From the IMG/VR virus record IMGVR_UViG_3300021142_000026: 64,000 nt of DNA, one strand, 5' to 3'. The notes beneath the pieces are model-generated. The model had not been told where the DNA came from and made no database searches. It saw only the letters and a program-made list of their open reading frames with translations. This DNA is from an uncultured virus (IMG/VR IMGVR_UViG_3300021142_000026). Lineage: Duplodnaviria > Heunggongvirae > Uroviricota > Caudoviricetes. Position numbers and translations under genes: made by a program. Positions 17,376 to 27,090 of this stretch are shown here, piece after piece (within the stretch, counting starts at the first letter, position 1; every line of letters starts with the position of its first letter).

Positions 17376-17414
17376 CTTTTGACCATTGTGGTCAACTAAT
17401 AGCTGCGATATTAT
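17376..17414 (+). promoter_or_regulatory. sigma70-type promoter with CTTTTGACCA element
   Basis: CTTTTGACCA-TTGTGG-N17-TATTAT. Confidence 0.7.
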
Positions 17415-17547
17415 ATAGGAGTAGAAGAGAGTTAACCACTAGAGCAGGAGGCAAAAATGCTCAAGCTTTGATCAAGGAACTCCGTGATCTGGGCTCCCTC
17501 AACCTCTAACACCACCACCCACCTCAATCGCTTTTAGGAGCACGCAA

Positions 17548-18174
17548 ATGCGCTGGAATCATTACGACAAACTTGGCCTGCCGCCGAACCACATCAACAC
17601 CAATGCCCTCGCTAAGGTGATGCCGCCGAATCGGTTCAAGATGCTGCAAGTCGCGATGGGTCAGTTGCCCAACACACCTCTCGCCATCAAGAATGCCCGT
17701 CAGTACTTCGACGGTGTCTTCGGTGTCTACGCTGATCTCATTGGGGCTGAGAAGTCTCAGGTCATTCAGGCTGTGCTGCTGACCAAGCAGGGCGAGCGAG
17801 CTCATGACATTCTTACCCAAGAAGTCTGGGCAATGCTTCAAGCCACGCGAGTGACAACGAAGGATACCGATTATTATCGGGTCAAGTCGCCGCTGAGTAT
17901 CTGGCGGAACAAGCAGCCGAGCAAGGTCCATATTGAAGATGTGGGTCCTGCTATCATGGAACAGTGGAATCGTGTGGTCACCATCCAGACCAACCAAGAG
18001 TTCCAGATCGCTGCCTCTTCCGCCAAGAAGGCCGACTCTGAGCAGAAGGCTGAGGATGCCAAGAAGACGTCGACCAAGAACTACAACACCTCGCGGAAGA
18101 ATTCCATGAAGGGTGTTCAGGTGGTGAAGGGTGGTGACATCAAGCAGAAGGTCACTCAAAATGTTGCCAGCTGA
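17548..18174 (+). CDS. hypothetical protein
   Basis: AGGAG RBS; codon usage looks high-expression. Confidence 0.8.
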   Translation: MRWNHYDKLGLPPNHINTNALAKVMPPNRFKMLQVAMGQLPNTPLAIKNARQYFDGVFGVYADLIGAEKSQVIQAVLLTKQGERAHDILTQEVWAMLQATRVTTKDTDYYRVKSPLSIWRNKQPSKVHIEDVGPAIMEQWNRVVTIQTNQEFQIAASSAKKADSEQKAEDAKKTSTKNYNTSRKNSMKGVQVVKGGDIKQKVTQNVAS

Positions 18175-18625
18175 TGAACCTCGTTGTATCAAGAAGGCAG
18201 CACCCAACTCTGATGATGAACTCCTCATCGTCTTTGATCAGGCTCGTCAGCTCATTCAGGACTTTGGTTGGACGAACGGCGAGGCCAGCGAGGCTAGAGA
18301 TGCCGCTGAGATGATTGTCCCGTTTGATTCTCTGAGTGCCAAGAAGTTTACACCCTATGGCGCGATAAAGAGGGTCTGCTGGGATAAGTTCTACGCGGAG
18401 CCTTATGTTCATCCTGGAGCATGGATGCATGCCTATACGGTGCTGCGAGGAGAGGCCAAACGGAAGGGCTTCTCTTCTTTGTGGGACTTTAACAACTCCT
18501 ACACGGCATCTCAGGATGAGGCCATAGCCTTGTTTGATACTGCTATCACCTACATCAACTCCAAGACCACACTCTATCAACCTGGCCCACCACCTAAGGT
18601 CAAGATTCCAAGAGGTGCACGATGA
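18161..18625 (+). CDS. hypothetical protein (DUF6197-like)
   Basis: GWTNG...YGAI...WDFNN...EAIALFDTAI pattern. Confidence 0.6.
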   Translation: MLPADEPRCIKKAAPNSDDELLIVFDQARQLIQDFGWTNGEASEARDAAEMIVPFDSLSAKKFTPYGAIKRVCWDKFYAEPYVHPGAWMHAYTVLRGEAKRKGFSSLWDFNNSYTASQDEAIALFDTAITYINSKTTLYQPGPPPKVKIPRGAR

Positions 18626-18945
18626 GCATTCCGAAGTTTAGATTTGGCCAAACCGTAGGCATCAAGGGTGGTGAGTTCACCGGCATCATCAGGAAGTGTG
18701 TCATTGATGAGAATGGCATCACCTATTGGATCGAGCATGCACCTGATAGTAACTACTGTCAATGGGACGAAGACTACCTGCAGGAAGTCCACATCATCTG
18801 GGAGGTTGAAGCTCCTAAAGCTGCAGAACCTGAAGTACCTATCTTTATAGGTAAGTTCAATGACCTTAATAAGGAGATTACCAAGCCTGTTCGTCCGCCA
18901 GTGCGCCTGCCGAAGGAGGTTGAAGATGACGAAATCCCCTTCTGA
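18622..18945 (+). CDS. hypothetical protein (SH3-like N-terminus, DDEIPF tail)
   Basis: KFRFGQTV...; C-terminal DDEIPF. Confidence 0.65.
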   Translation: MSIPKFRFGQTVGIKGGEFTGIIRKCVIDENGITYWIEHAPDSNYCQWDEDYLQEVHIIWEVEAPKAAEPEVPIFIGKFNDLNKEITKPVRPPVRLPKEVEDDEIPF

Positions 18946-19171
18946 CGTTGTAGAGGCTGACTGTAAGGTTGCATACATGAGGATGGCAGTCATCAAGAGT
19001 GCCCTCTATCTTCTGTCACAAGGTATTAAGCCCAACAAGGCTTACACTATAACAAAGTGCTTAGCCTTCGCATCCTCGGTGACTGGAGTGCTTTATGGTC
19101 GAAGCCGTCAAGGCTGTCGTCTGGCCTATGAAGATCTCCGAGTGCATATGAAACAACTGGTGCCAAACTGA
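18926..19171 (+). CDS. hypothetical protein
   Basis: AAGGAGG RBS before ATG 18926; TGATG coupling to helicase. Confidence 0.7.
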   Translation: MTKSPSDVVEADCKVAYMRMAVIKSALYLLSQGIKPNKAYTITKCLAFASSVTGVLYGRSRQGCRLAYEDLRVHMKQLVPN

Positions 19172-20694
19172 TGGACTATAAGAGCACAGTAGAGAAGCTT
19201 GGCCTCACCCAGCTATGGGATGAGCCACATTGGCAAGGTTGGGATCACCAGCTGCTGGCCAGGCATGAGGCTATAAAGGCTAAGCGGTTTATCTTGTCAA
19301 TGGACAAAGGAACAGGCAAAACCTCTACTGTGCTCTCCATCTTTGAAGGTCCTGAGATCATGAAGCCACCTGGCTTTACTGTCTTGATCTTCACTACCGA
19401 GAAAGGTATGGGTGCTTATGTCCGAGACATCAAGAAGTTCCCTGACCATGAAGGCAAGGTTGCACTCATCTACGGCAATAAGGCTCAGCGAACCAAAGCT
19501 TGGACCCTCGCCGGTAAGAATCCCGCCACCAGGTATTTTGTCTGCACATACGCTGGATTTCTATCGGACTCAGGACTACGAGGAGATGCAGAGACGGGGA
19601 CGCTCTCAACTGCAGTATTACCTAAATGGGCGATTGATGGTTCAGTTGATGCCGTCGTCTGCGATGAGTTCCACAGGGTCTTTCGCAACCGAACGTCTAA
19701 GAGTTTTGCCCTCTTCAAGAAGCTATTTAAATCTACCCGATACTTCATTCCAATGTCAGGGTCAGCAGTGGATAAAGGACCTCAAGACCTCTGGGCGTGT
19801 TTACATCTAGTTGACCAAAAATTTTGGTCTTCATATTGGAATTATGTGGGCGCGTTCTGTGAGGTTGAAGAGACGGGTTTTGGCAAACAGATTATAGGCC
19901 CGCGCAACGAAGCTGCTTGGCGTAGAGTTGTAAGACCATATATGTTTCATGTGACTGCAGATCAAGTCCATGACATGCCACCAATCTTCAGGGACACATT
20001 GGATGTTACGTTACCTGCCTGGCAAAAAGACATCCACGATAATTTACGTCAAGCCATGTTCCATGAATACGATCTGGAAGATGACGACGAGGGAAGTGGA
20101 TTCATCTTCGCGCAGAACACCATGGTCAAAACGTACAAAAGCAGGTTGGCCCTTATCTGTCCGAAAGTATTCTCTCCCAACTTCGGATACGGACAACCTA
20201 TTGAAGACGTTGCCGATGACGCTGAAGAGAGCGGCCTCAAGTCGTATGCGATATTTACCCCGTTCAAAGACCCTATACCCCACCTTAAACAGTATCTTGA
20301 GGCACGAGGCGGTAGAGTATGGGTCTTACAGGGCGGTATTGGTCTCGATGCCCAAGAGCAACGTCTGGCAGAGTGGCGAGAGTCTTTACATACTGCTAGC
20401 GTACAATGCCCCTCAATCATCATATCCACCATTAAGTATGGAGAGTCCTGGGAAATACCTGAGACGCGTCATGCTTATATGTTGGGGTATGAATTCTCCC
20501 GAGAGGACAACAAGCAAGCTGAGTCTAGGTTACGTCGTCTCATATCTGAAGGAACCACCTTCATCCACTACGTGAAATGCCGACACACCTACGACGATGA
20601 ACTCTTGAGCCGCTTGATTGAACATGGTCAAAGTGTTGAACGTCTTTTTAGGTCTTGGGCTGAAGTCAAAAGAATCTTTGGTGGCACATATTAG
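19171..20694 (+). CDS. SNF2-family superfamily 2 helicase
   Basis: MDKGTGKT, VCDEFH, MSGS, QAESRLRR. Confidence 0.88.
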   Translation: MDYKSTVEKLGLTQLWDEPHWQGWDHQLLARHEAIKAKRFILSMDKGTGKTSTVLSIFEGPEIMKPPGFTVLIFTTEKGMGAYVRDIKKFPDHEGKVALIYGNKAQRTKAWTLAGKNPATRYFVCTYAGFLSDSGLRGDAETGTLSTAVLPKWAIDGSVDAVVCDEFHRVFRNRTSKSFALFKKLFKSTRYFIPMSGSAVDKGPQDLWACLHLVDQKFWSSYWNYVGAFCEVEETGFGKQIIGPRNEAAWRRVVRPYMFHVTADQVHDMPPIFRDTLDVTLPAWQKDIHDNLRQAMFHEYDLEDDDEGSGFIFAQNTMVKTYKSRLALICPKVFSPNFGYGQPIEDVADDAEESGLKSYAIFTPFKDPIPHLKQYLEARGGRVWVLQGGIGLDAQEQRLAEWRESLHTASVQCPSIIISTIKYGESWEIPETRHAYMLGYEFSREDNKQAESRLRRLISEGTTFIHYVKCRHTYDDELLSRLIEHGQSVERLFRSWAEVKRIFGGTY

Positions 20695-20720
20695 GTACAA
20701 TTTCAACCAAAGGAATTTTG

Positions 20721-20749
20721 TTGATGGGCCTGAAAGTTCTATCTATACT
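20721..20749 (+). promoter_or_regulatory. sigma70-type promoter
   Basis: TTGATG-N17-TATACT. Confidence 0.6.
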
Positions 20750-20773
20750 ATTTAAATACGAGGCAAACATCAC

Positions 20774-22120
20774 ATGACATTGAAATTGACGCAGCTCAAG
20801 GATGGGCGCAAGGCAATCATTATTCGCACCAGCGACCGCATTGCTTTCAAGAGCTGCCGTCGTAAGTGGGCGTGGTCTTCACACCTCAAGTATAATCTGT
20901 CTCCGAAGAACTTGAGCGCGCCCTTGTGGTTTGGATCAGCCATCCACTTTGCGTTGGAAGACTTCCACGGTTATAAGGTGTATGACCGAGCAGCTGATGC
21001 CTTCAAGGCTTACTGTCTTGCAACTGCTAAGAACTGGAAGCGTGAACTGCCACATGACGCTGCCGATCACTATGTGCTTGGTCAGCAGATGATAAACTAT
21101 TACCAAGACGATTGGCTGGCGGGGTATCCTCGTAAGGCTGACGAAACCTATTGGGAAGAGAACCCAGTGACTGGGGTGTTAGAACCTCAGGTGGAGGTGA
21201 ACTTTGAAATCGAGATCCCTATACATCAAAGCCCAGTGCTTGTGGACTACGTTAAGCGGCTCGGTGCTGACGTGGTTTTGTATCGTGGCACTATTGACCG
21301 TGTGTCTATTGATGAGTGGGGCCACTTATGGGTCGTTGAGTATAAGACCGCAAAGGTTGCCCAATCCACCCATTATCAGACCGATCCCCAAGTTACCACC
21401 TATGTATGGGCTTGCGGACAGATCTACAACAAGCCCGTCTCAGGTGTCGTGTATCACCAGTTTGTCAAGAAGGCACCCAATCCACCAAAGCTCCTGGCAA
21501 CTGGAAAGATTTCCACAGCCCAAAATTTGGTCACTAGTTACCCGCTGTACAAGAAAGCTTTGACCAATCTTTATGGTTCTGTTGAAAAGAGTCCCTCTCT
21601 GAATCAGGACTTTATGAACAGGCTCATTAAGAGTGAGACTGACCACCGAGACCGTTATATCATTCGGGAACCCATTCACCGCAACACTGAACAGTGCATG
21701 AATGAGTCCTGGAAGATCATGATGGAACTCGAAGACATGCTGAATCCCGATCTTCCCTTATATCCTAATCCTACTAGAGACTGTGCACGTATGTGCTCAT
21801 TCATGACTCCCTGTGTCAACATGGACGATGGTTCGGATTGGGAAGGTCTGCTGCATGCTGCTTATGCATCGCGTGACCAAGATCTGGAACGGTATTGGCG
21901 TCGTAGGCTTCCCTCGGCAGCTGACCTTAAGGCGCTGGAAGTTGATCTTGATGGGCAGGAACCTGATCTGCATAATATTCAGATCATGTCGGCTGAAGAG
22001 TATAACCTGGCTAAGATTGCAGCCGGTGAGTATGAGCTGTCGGAATTTGAAATGAAGGCCGATAGCCCATTTGAAGGAATGAATGAAAAAGGTTCCTTCA
22101 ACATGAACGCAGTAGATTGA
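20774..22120 (+). CDS. PD-(D/E)XK exonuclease (Cas4/AddB-like)
   Basis: CRRKW, GSAIHFALE, GTIDR, VVEYKT, QVTTY, C-terminal Cys cluster. Confidence 0.85.
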   Translation: MTLKLTQLKDGRKAIIIRTSDRIAFKSCRRKWAWSSHLKYNLSPKNLSAPLWFGSAIHFALEDFHGYKVYDRAADAFKAYCLATAKNWKRELPHDAADHYVLGQQMINYYQDDWLAGYPRKADETYWEENPVTGVLEPQVEVNFEIEIPIHQSPVLVDYVKRLGADVVLYRGTIDRVSIDEWGHLWVVEYKTAKVAQSTHYQTDPQVTTYVWACGQIYNKPVSGVVYHQFVKKAPNPPKLLATGKISTAQNLVTSYPLYKKALTNLYGSVEKSPSLNQDFMNRLIKSETDHRDRYIIREPIHRNTEQCMNESWKIMMELEDMLNPDLPLYPNPTRDCARMCSFMTPCVNMDDGSDWEGLLHAAYASRDQDLERYWRRRLPSAADLKALEVDLDGQEPDLHNIQIMSAEEYNLAKIAAGEYELSEFEMKADSPFEGMNEKGSFNMNAVD

Positions 22121-22149
22121 TCAACAACCCCTGACAAAGAGGCTTACTC

Positions 22150-23100
22150 ATGTCAAACGTACCACCGACTACAACTGCCAATAAGGGGCCTATGCCAACT
22201 GGTGGAGGAGCCCAACGTGTCCCGCTTGGAAATAGTGCACCACAGGCCAGCCCTGGGGCCTTCCGCTTCCACTCGCTGGTTAGTGAATCTCGTACCCGTT
22301 ACCTTAAGATGCTCGTCTACGGTGGCCCAGGTATCGGCAAAACCACTCTGGCTGGGTCTGCCACGAACGACGACCGCCTTAAGGATGTACTCCTCATTAC
22401 GGCTGAAGGTGGAGACATAGTCTTTGAGGATAACGAGCAGGTTCAAGATCCTGAGAACATTGACATCCTGAAGCTAGACCGTATTGAACAGCTCCAGAAG
22501 ACGTTTGAGTTCCTCCAACACCACATCAAGGCAAGGGATGCAGGTGATGACGCTACCCTGGAAAAGCTTCAGCGTATGGTGTTTGGATACGGCCCCAATG
22601 ATCCTATTGATCGTATTCGGAAGTATCGCACTGTTATCCTTGATTCACTCACGGATATTGAATCGCTGAATATGTCTAAGGTGCTCGGCCTCGACTCTAA
22701 GGGTTTTGAGGTCGGTGATGACTTCCAAGCACCTGGCTATGCTGAATTCCGGAAGAACAACAACACCATCCAAGCTGTTGTGCGAAGCTTCCGCAATCTG
22801 GATGTCAACCTCATCGTCATCTGCGGCCAAAAATATACGCAGGACGAATTGAAGCGCTTCCATTATACGCCTTGGCTCACTGGAGCCCTGGCTACCCAAA
22901 TACAATCCTTCGTGGACCTTGTTGGTTACATGGTGATCAGTTCTGCTGACCCTACCCAACCTGATCTGCGTAGGATGTATATCCAGCCGCAAGCTGGAGT
23001 CCGCTTTGACGCGAAGTGTCGGGCGGCAGGTGTTAAGCAGGCCTACTTTGACAACCCTGATATGGTTCAGTTGATGAACGCATTCAAGTTGCTGAAGTAG
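22150..23100 (+). CDS. Sak4-like AAA ATPase / single-strand annealing protein
   Basis: LVYGGPGIGKTT, VILDSLT, between exonuclease and SSB. Confidence 0.82.
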   Translation: MSNVPPTTTANKGPMPTGGGAQRVPLGNSAPQASPGAFRFHSLVSESRTRYLKMLVYGGPGIGKTTLAGSATNDDRLKDVLLITAEGGDIVFEDNEQVQDPENIDILKLDRIEQLQKTFEFLQHHIKARDAGDDATLEKLQRMVFGYGPNDPIDRIRKYRTVILDSLTDIESLNMSKVLGLDSKGFEVGDDFQAPGYAEFRKNNNTIQAVVRSFRNLDVNLIVICGQKYTQDELKRFHYTPWLTGALATQIQSFVDLVGYMVISSADPTQPDLRRMYIQPQAGVRFDAKCRAAGVKQAYFDNPDMVQLMNAFKLLK

Positions 23101-23179
23101 CATCGCTGTACGCATCACTTGCGACCCCGTGCATTAGGATGTCTTAGTGCACTTCACCCAAGACGAAAGACTAACTACC

Positions 23180-23668
23180 ATGGCTAAGACCCAAGAAGCT
23201 GAAGTTCAAGAAGGCGTGCAGTATGAAGAGTCGGAAGGCTTTTCGTTCAATATGGCGGAAGAGAAGGCCTCTAGTGGCTTCCCTCTGATTCCGGTTGGCA
23301 ACCATCCTGCCGTCATTGACTCTCTGGAGTTCAAGATCTCCCAGAACTCGGGCAATCCGATGTGGTCGATCCGCTGGGCTTTCGAAGAGCCGGAACTGGC
23401 CCAGAAGAACCGTAAGATCAACTCCTTCGTCGTGTTCTCGCCTGAACAGCGTGGACGTGCGAAGATGTTCCTCAAGCGCGTTGCTCCTGAGCTGTCTGAA
23501 CTGGAAGACTTCAATCCGAAGAAGGTGGCTGATGAGGCTCTGCTCATCGGTCGTCGTGCGGTGCTCAAGGTCAACACCCAGAAGGGTCAAGACGGCGAAG
23601 ACCGTAGCAACGTCGCTGATGTTCTGGCGGCGGGTGCTGGTGGCGCTAGTGGTTCGTTCAGCCTCTAG
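23180..23668 (+). CDS. single-stranded DNA-binding protein (DUF669-like)
   Basis: FPLIPVG...SQNSGNPM...; typical position after sak4. Confidence 0.75.
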   Translation: MAKTQEAEVQEGVQYEESEGFSFNMAEEKASSGFPLIPVGNHPAVIDSLEFKISQNSGNPMWSIRWAFEEPELAQKNRKINSFVVFSPEQRGRAKMFLKRVAPELSELEDFNPKKVADEALLIGRRAVLKVNTQKGQDGEDRSNVADVLAAGAGGASGSFSL

Positions 23669-23687
23669 GCGACCGTTAGCTCACTCC

Positions 23688-24002
23688 GTGACTGAGGATG
23701 TAGGGGAGGCCCTCTACATTCTCGCACAGAGGGGTTACGTATCAATCCCAAAGGCTGCTTTGATCCTGCGCATTCACAAATACACCCTGGCATCAATGAT
23801 TGAGAAGGGGCTAGTGAGTACGATCAGTGTAGGCGCTCGACAGGCATTATCCCGACAAGAGATTGTGTCTGTGCTTGCACACCTGGACAAACAAAAACAG
23901 AATGCGGAAATTGGACGTAACCTCTCTGTGCATACGGAAGAAACCCTTCAACGCTTTGACAGGCTACTGAACAATGAAAAACCCCAAAAGCAAAACCCAT
24001 AA
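23688..24002 (+). CDS. excisionase/MerR-like HTH protein
   Basis: YVSIPKAALILRIHKYTLASMIEKGLVSTISVG; start uncertain. Confidence 0.6.
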   Translation: MTEDVGEALYILAQRGYVSIPKAALILRIHKYTLASMIEKGLVSTISVGARQALSRQEIVSVLAHLDKQKQNAEIGRNLSVHTEETLQRFDRLLNNEKPQKQNP

Positions 24003-24708
24003 GGTCTTTGTCCTCCTCTCTGGTGGCATTGACTCTACGACGACTCTGGCCATTGCCAACAATGAATTCCCCTACTCTGAGCTGGAATGTGTGACCATCG
24101 ATTATGGTCAAAGACACAAGAAGGAAGCTGAGTTCGCGGCTTGGCAGGCTAATTACTATGAAGGTGAACACAAGATCATCAATGTCGCAGGTCTTATGAC
24201 TGGCATGTTGGTTGACAAGGAAGTCAATGAGACTATCCCCAATGCATCATATGCTGACCTTCCTCACGGAATTAGCCCTACTTATGTCAGCTATCGTAAT
24301 GGTCTTATGCTGTCTATTCTGGCTGCACGAGCTCAAGGCTGGATCATGGAGCAAGAAAAATCCAATTCTGGTATTGATGCTAGTGCCACTCTGTATTGCG
24401 GTGTGCATGCTGACGACGGTGCTAATGATGCTTATCCTGACTGCACCCTGGAATTCGTAGGAGCTCAAGCCAATGCTATTCAAGTGGGAACCTACAACAA
24501 GGTTCGCCTTCGTGCGCCGCTCGTTCATATGGACAAAGCTGCCGTCGTTCGTGAAGGAGTTCGCCTTGGCGTGGAATATGAACACACTTGGAGCTGCTAC
24601 GCTGGTGGGGATATGCATTGTGGCACTTGCCCGACTTGCCGTGCACGTCATGCAGGCTTTGTAGACAACGGTCTTATGGATCCCACTAAGTATGAGGTGC
24701 TCCTGTGA
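23974..24708 (+). CDS. queC: 7-cyano-7-deazaguanine (preQ0) synthase
   Basis: LLSGGIDS, DYGQRH, RNGLMLS, YPDC, WSCY...HCGTCPTC; no glutaminase domain. Confidence 0.95.
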   Translation: MKNPKSKTHKVFVLLSGGIDSTTTLAIANNEFPYSELECVTIDYGQRHKKEAEFAAWQANYYEGEHKIINVAGLMTGMLVDKEVNETIPNASYADLPHGISPTYVSYRNGLMLSILAARAQGWIMEQEKSNSGIDASATLYCGVHADDGANDAYPDCTLEFVGAQANAIQVGTYNKVRLRAPLVHMDKAAVVREGVRLGVEYEHTWSCYAGGDMHCGTCPTCRARHAGFVDNGLMDPTKYEVLL

Positions 24709-25205
24709 CTGACGCAGAAAACACTGACATTGACATCAAGAAGGCAGACCCTTATAAAACGTATGCCTCAACCAAAACCTATGACTTCAATGTAGGCTTC
24801 TCTTGCTGCTTCCGTCAATGGCGTGCACAATCTCATTGTCACTTCCTTCATGGCTATGCCCTCAAGTTCCATTTTGAATTCCTGGCCTCCGAGCTGGACG
24901 AAAAGAATTGGTGCGTAGATTTTGGGTCACTGAAGTCTCTCAAGGGTTGGTTGGAAGACATGTTCGACCACACCACTCTGGTGGCTAAAGATGATCCCTT
25001 GATCTCTACCTTCCGAGAGATGCACATCGCCAAGATGATCGATATGCGGATTGTGGAAGCCACTGGCTGCGAAGCAACTGCTCGACTCGTCTATGAATAT
25101 ACAGAACAATGGCTTAAGGATAATGGCTATGGGCACATCACCCTCGGACGAGTTTCAGTCCACGAACACTCCGGTAACTCCGCCTGGTATGGTATCATCG
25201 GCTAG
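24705..25205 (+). CDS. queD: 6-carboxytetrahydropterin synthase
   Basis: CHFLHGY, VDFG, FDHTTL, GCE, HEH. Confidence 0.92.
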   Translation: MTDAENTDIDIKKADPYKTYASTKTYDFNVGFSCCFRQWRAQSHCHFLHGYALKFHFEFLASELDEKNWCVDFGSLKSLKGWLEDMFDHTTLVAKDDPLISTFREMHIAKMIDMRIVEATGCEATARLVYEYTEQWLKDNGYGHITLGRVSVHEHSGNSAWYGIIG

Positions 25206-26037
25206 CACTATTAACATTAATGCCGATGAGGGAACTCAAGTAGGCATTGAGTCGATGCAGACTCGGACTCGTAAGGTTCCTGTTATTGAAATCTTTGGTC
25301 CTACTATCCAAGGCGAAGGTGAAATGATCGGCTGGCGGACAATGTTTGTTCGCTTTGGCGGTTGCGACTATCGTTGCAAGATGTGTGACTCTCTTCATGC
25401 GGTAATGCCTGCAGCTGTCAAAGCTAATAGCACCCGTATGAACTTGTCTGAGATTGCCGACAAGCTACTTATGGAGCAGGCCAACACAGGAGTTGATTGG
25501 GTTACCTTCTCTGGAGGCAATCCTGTCATGTGGGAGCTGAGTGATCTTGTTGACGAGCTGCATCTAGCAGGTATGTCTGTTGCAGTTGAGACACAGGGTA
25601 CTCTCTGGAAGCCTTGGCTCAAGAAGGTTGACATGCTGACTATTTCACCTAAGGCTCCTGGCATGGGTGAGAAGTTTGAACAAGACAAATTCATGACCTT
25701 CCTGGAAGAGATGGCAGAGACTGATGCACCACTGTGCATCAAGGTTCCTGTCTTCAGCCAGTTGGACCTTGAGTTCTGTGTCGGCATTGAGACTATCCTT
25801 CGGGATATGAATCTTGCTGAAGGTGTGACTCGTTATCTTTCGGTTGGCAACTCTCATCCTCCCAAGCTGAAGCCTGACATGACTCTGGATACCTCAGACG
25901 AAGGTGTTCTTGTATCTACCCTTCTGAATGATTATGCTATCCTTTTGGATCAATACCTGATCGACCGTCGACTGAGTGGGTGGCGCTTTACTCCCCAGTT
26001 ACACGTTTTGATCTGGGGGAATAAGGCTGGTGTATGA
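25189..26037 (+). CDS. queE: 7-carboxy-7-deazaguanine synthase (radical SAM)
   Basis: EIFGPTIQGEG, FVRFGGCDYRCKMCD, SGGNP, ETQG, SPK, PQLH. Confidence 0.95.
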   Translation: MVSSASTININADEGTQVGIESMQTRTRKVPVIEIFGPTIQGEGEMIGWRTMFVRFGGCDYRCKMCDSLHAVMPAAVKANSTRMNLSEIADKLLMEQANTGVDWVTFSGGNPVMWELSDLVDELHLAGMSVAVETQGTLWKPWLKKVDMLTISPKAPGMGEKFEQDKFMTFLEEMAETDAPLCIKVPVFSQLDLEFCVGIETILRDMNLAEGVTRYLSVGNSHPPKLKPDMTLDTSDEGVLVSTLLNDYAILLDQYLIDRRLSGWRFTPQLHVLIWGNKAGV

Positions 26038-26276
26038 TGGCCTTCTGGATACTTCGAGATGATGGCAGTATCATTCGGGTCAACGAATCCGTGATGCGAC
26101 ATTCGGCAGGTATTGTTGAGAGGCAACCCTACACAGAAGAGGGACTCCAACTACTCCAGATCCGCAAAACAAAACTCCTCATGGAACAACAAGCCAAGGC
26201 AAACGCCAATGACTCAGAGCAGAAATTTCGCACCAGTAGCACCAGTCCAAATCCTCCAAGAACTTCTCGACCGTGA
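26034..26276 (+). CDS. small hypothetical protein inside the deazaguanine cluster
   Basis: ATGA overlap with queE stop. Confidence 0.5.
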   Translation: MMAFWILRDDGSIIRVNESVMRHSAGIVERQPYTEEGLQLLQIRKTKLLMEQQAKANANDSEQKFRTSSTSPNPPRTSRP

Positions 26277-27081
26277 TATGAAAGGTGGTGAACGCCATCG
26301 GTTTGGTAACTATCATCTCTTCCTTGCACATCATGTCACTGAACGTCGGGAAGAGTTCACACGGCTGATCCAGACCTACTTTAGCCCACTGCGTTCCAAT
26401 ATCTACTATCAACCTTTGACCATTATTATGGACAACTCGTTGGTTGAGAACGGAATGTCTGTTGACCAAAAAATGGTGTCTGATGCTGTAGCGATCATCC
26501 AAGATGCAGCACATAAACGTGGTATGTCTCCGAAGCTTCAGGTGATCCCTGTGTTGCCTGATGTGATGGGCGATGGTCACAACACCATCCTAGAGAGTAG
26601 CGAGGCCTATCCGAAGTGGTTGGATGATCCTGTCTTCAGTAAGTGGCATTCACAGTTCATGGTAGTTGCACAAGGACGCTCTTGGAACGACTATACCTCC
26701 ACAGTGAACTACTTCTATACGGGGGAGCGTGGACGGAAGTATGCTGAACGCATCTCTTGGATTGGCATTCCACGATTCCTGGTTAAGACTCTTGGGACTC
26801 GTGTAGAGGCTACTCAGTACGCTGACGTAGTTGCTCGTAATGCCTACATCCATCTTCTTGGGTTCTCTGATGATCTCTGGGATGATGTGCAAGCGGTTCG
26901 TCAAGGCGGTGAGAGTGTTCAAGGTATTGACTCTGCAGTGCCTGTAAGGGCTACTATGGAGTTGCATCTGAACACCAACGCAGACCAGATCGGCGCTCGC
27001 ATTCCTGACTGGTTTGAGAATGGGAAGCTGAACGACTTCGCCGTGAACAACATTGTGCAAGCACGTAAGTGGGTCTACTAA
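26209..27081 (+). CDS. divergent TGT-fold transglycosylase (DpdA-like)
   Basis: ordered motifs IMDNS, LPDVMGD, MVVAQG, IGIP, IHLLG, GIDS; follows queCDE; no C-terminal Zn site. Confidence 0.75.
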   Translation: MTQSRNFAPVAPVQILQELLDRDMKGGERHRFGNYHLFLAHHVTERREEFTRLIQTYFSPLRSNIYYQPLTIIMDNSLVENGMSVDQKMVSDAVAIIQDAAHKRGMSPKLQVIPVLPDVMGDGHNTILESSEAYPKWLDDPVFSKWHSQFMVVAQGRSWNDYTSTVNYFYTGERGRKYAERISWIGIPRFLVKTLGTRVEATQYADVVARNAYIHLLGFSDDLWDDVQAVRQGGESVQGIDSAVPVRATMELHLNTNADQIGARIPDWFENGKLNDFAVNNIVQARKWVY

Positions 27082-27090
27082 GGGTCTAAC

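Noticed and set aside
20774..22120. Cas4 / CRISPR system
   Set aside because: No repeat-spacer array or other cas genes seen; exonuclease-Sak4-SSB is a standard phage recombination module
23295..23687. N-terminal extension of ORF 23295-24002
   Set aside because: Out-of-frame overlap with the SSB gene; only the part from ~23688 looks protein-like
23688..24002. Lysogeny module suggested by the excisionase-like HTH
   Set aside because: No integrase or CI-like repressor in the window; lifestyle cannot be determined from this segment
23974..27081. Queuosine tRNA-modification (auxiliary metabolic) role
   Set aside because: No queF, queA or queG and no tRNA genes; the TGT-fold protein lacks the zinc site and adjoins the DNA polymerase, favouring DNA modification
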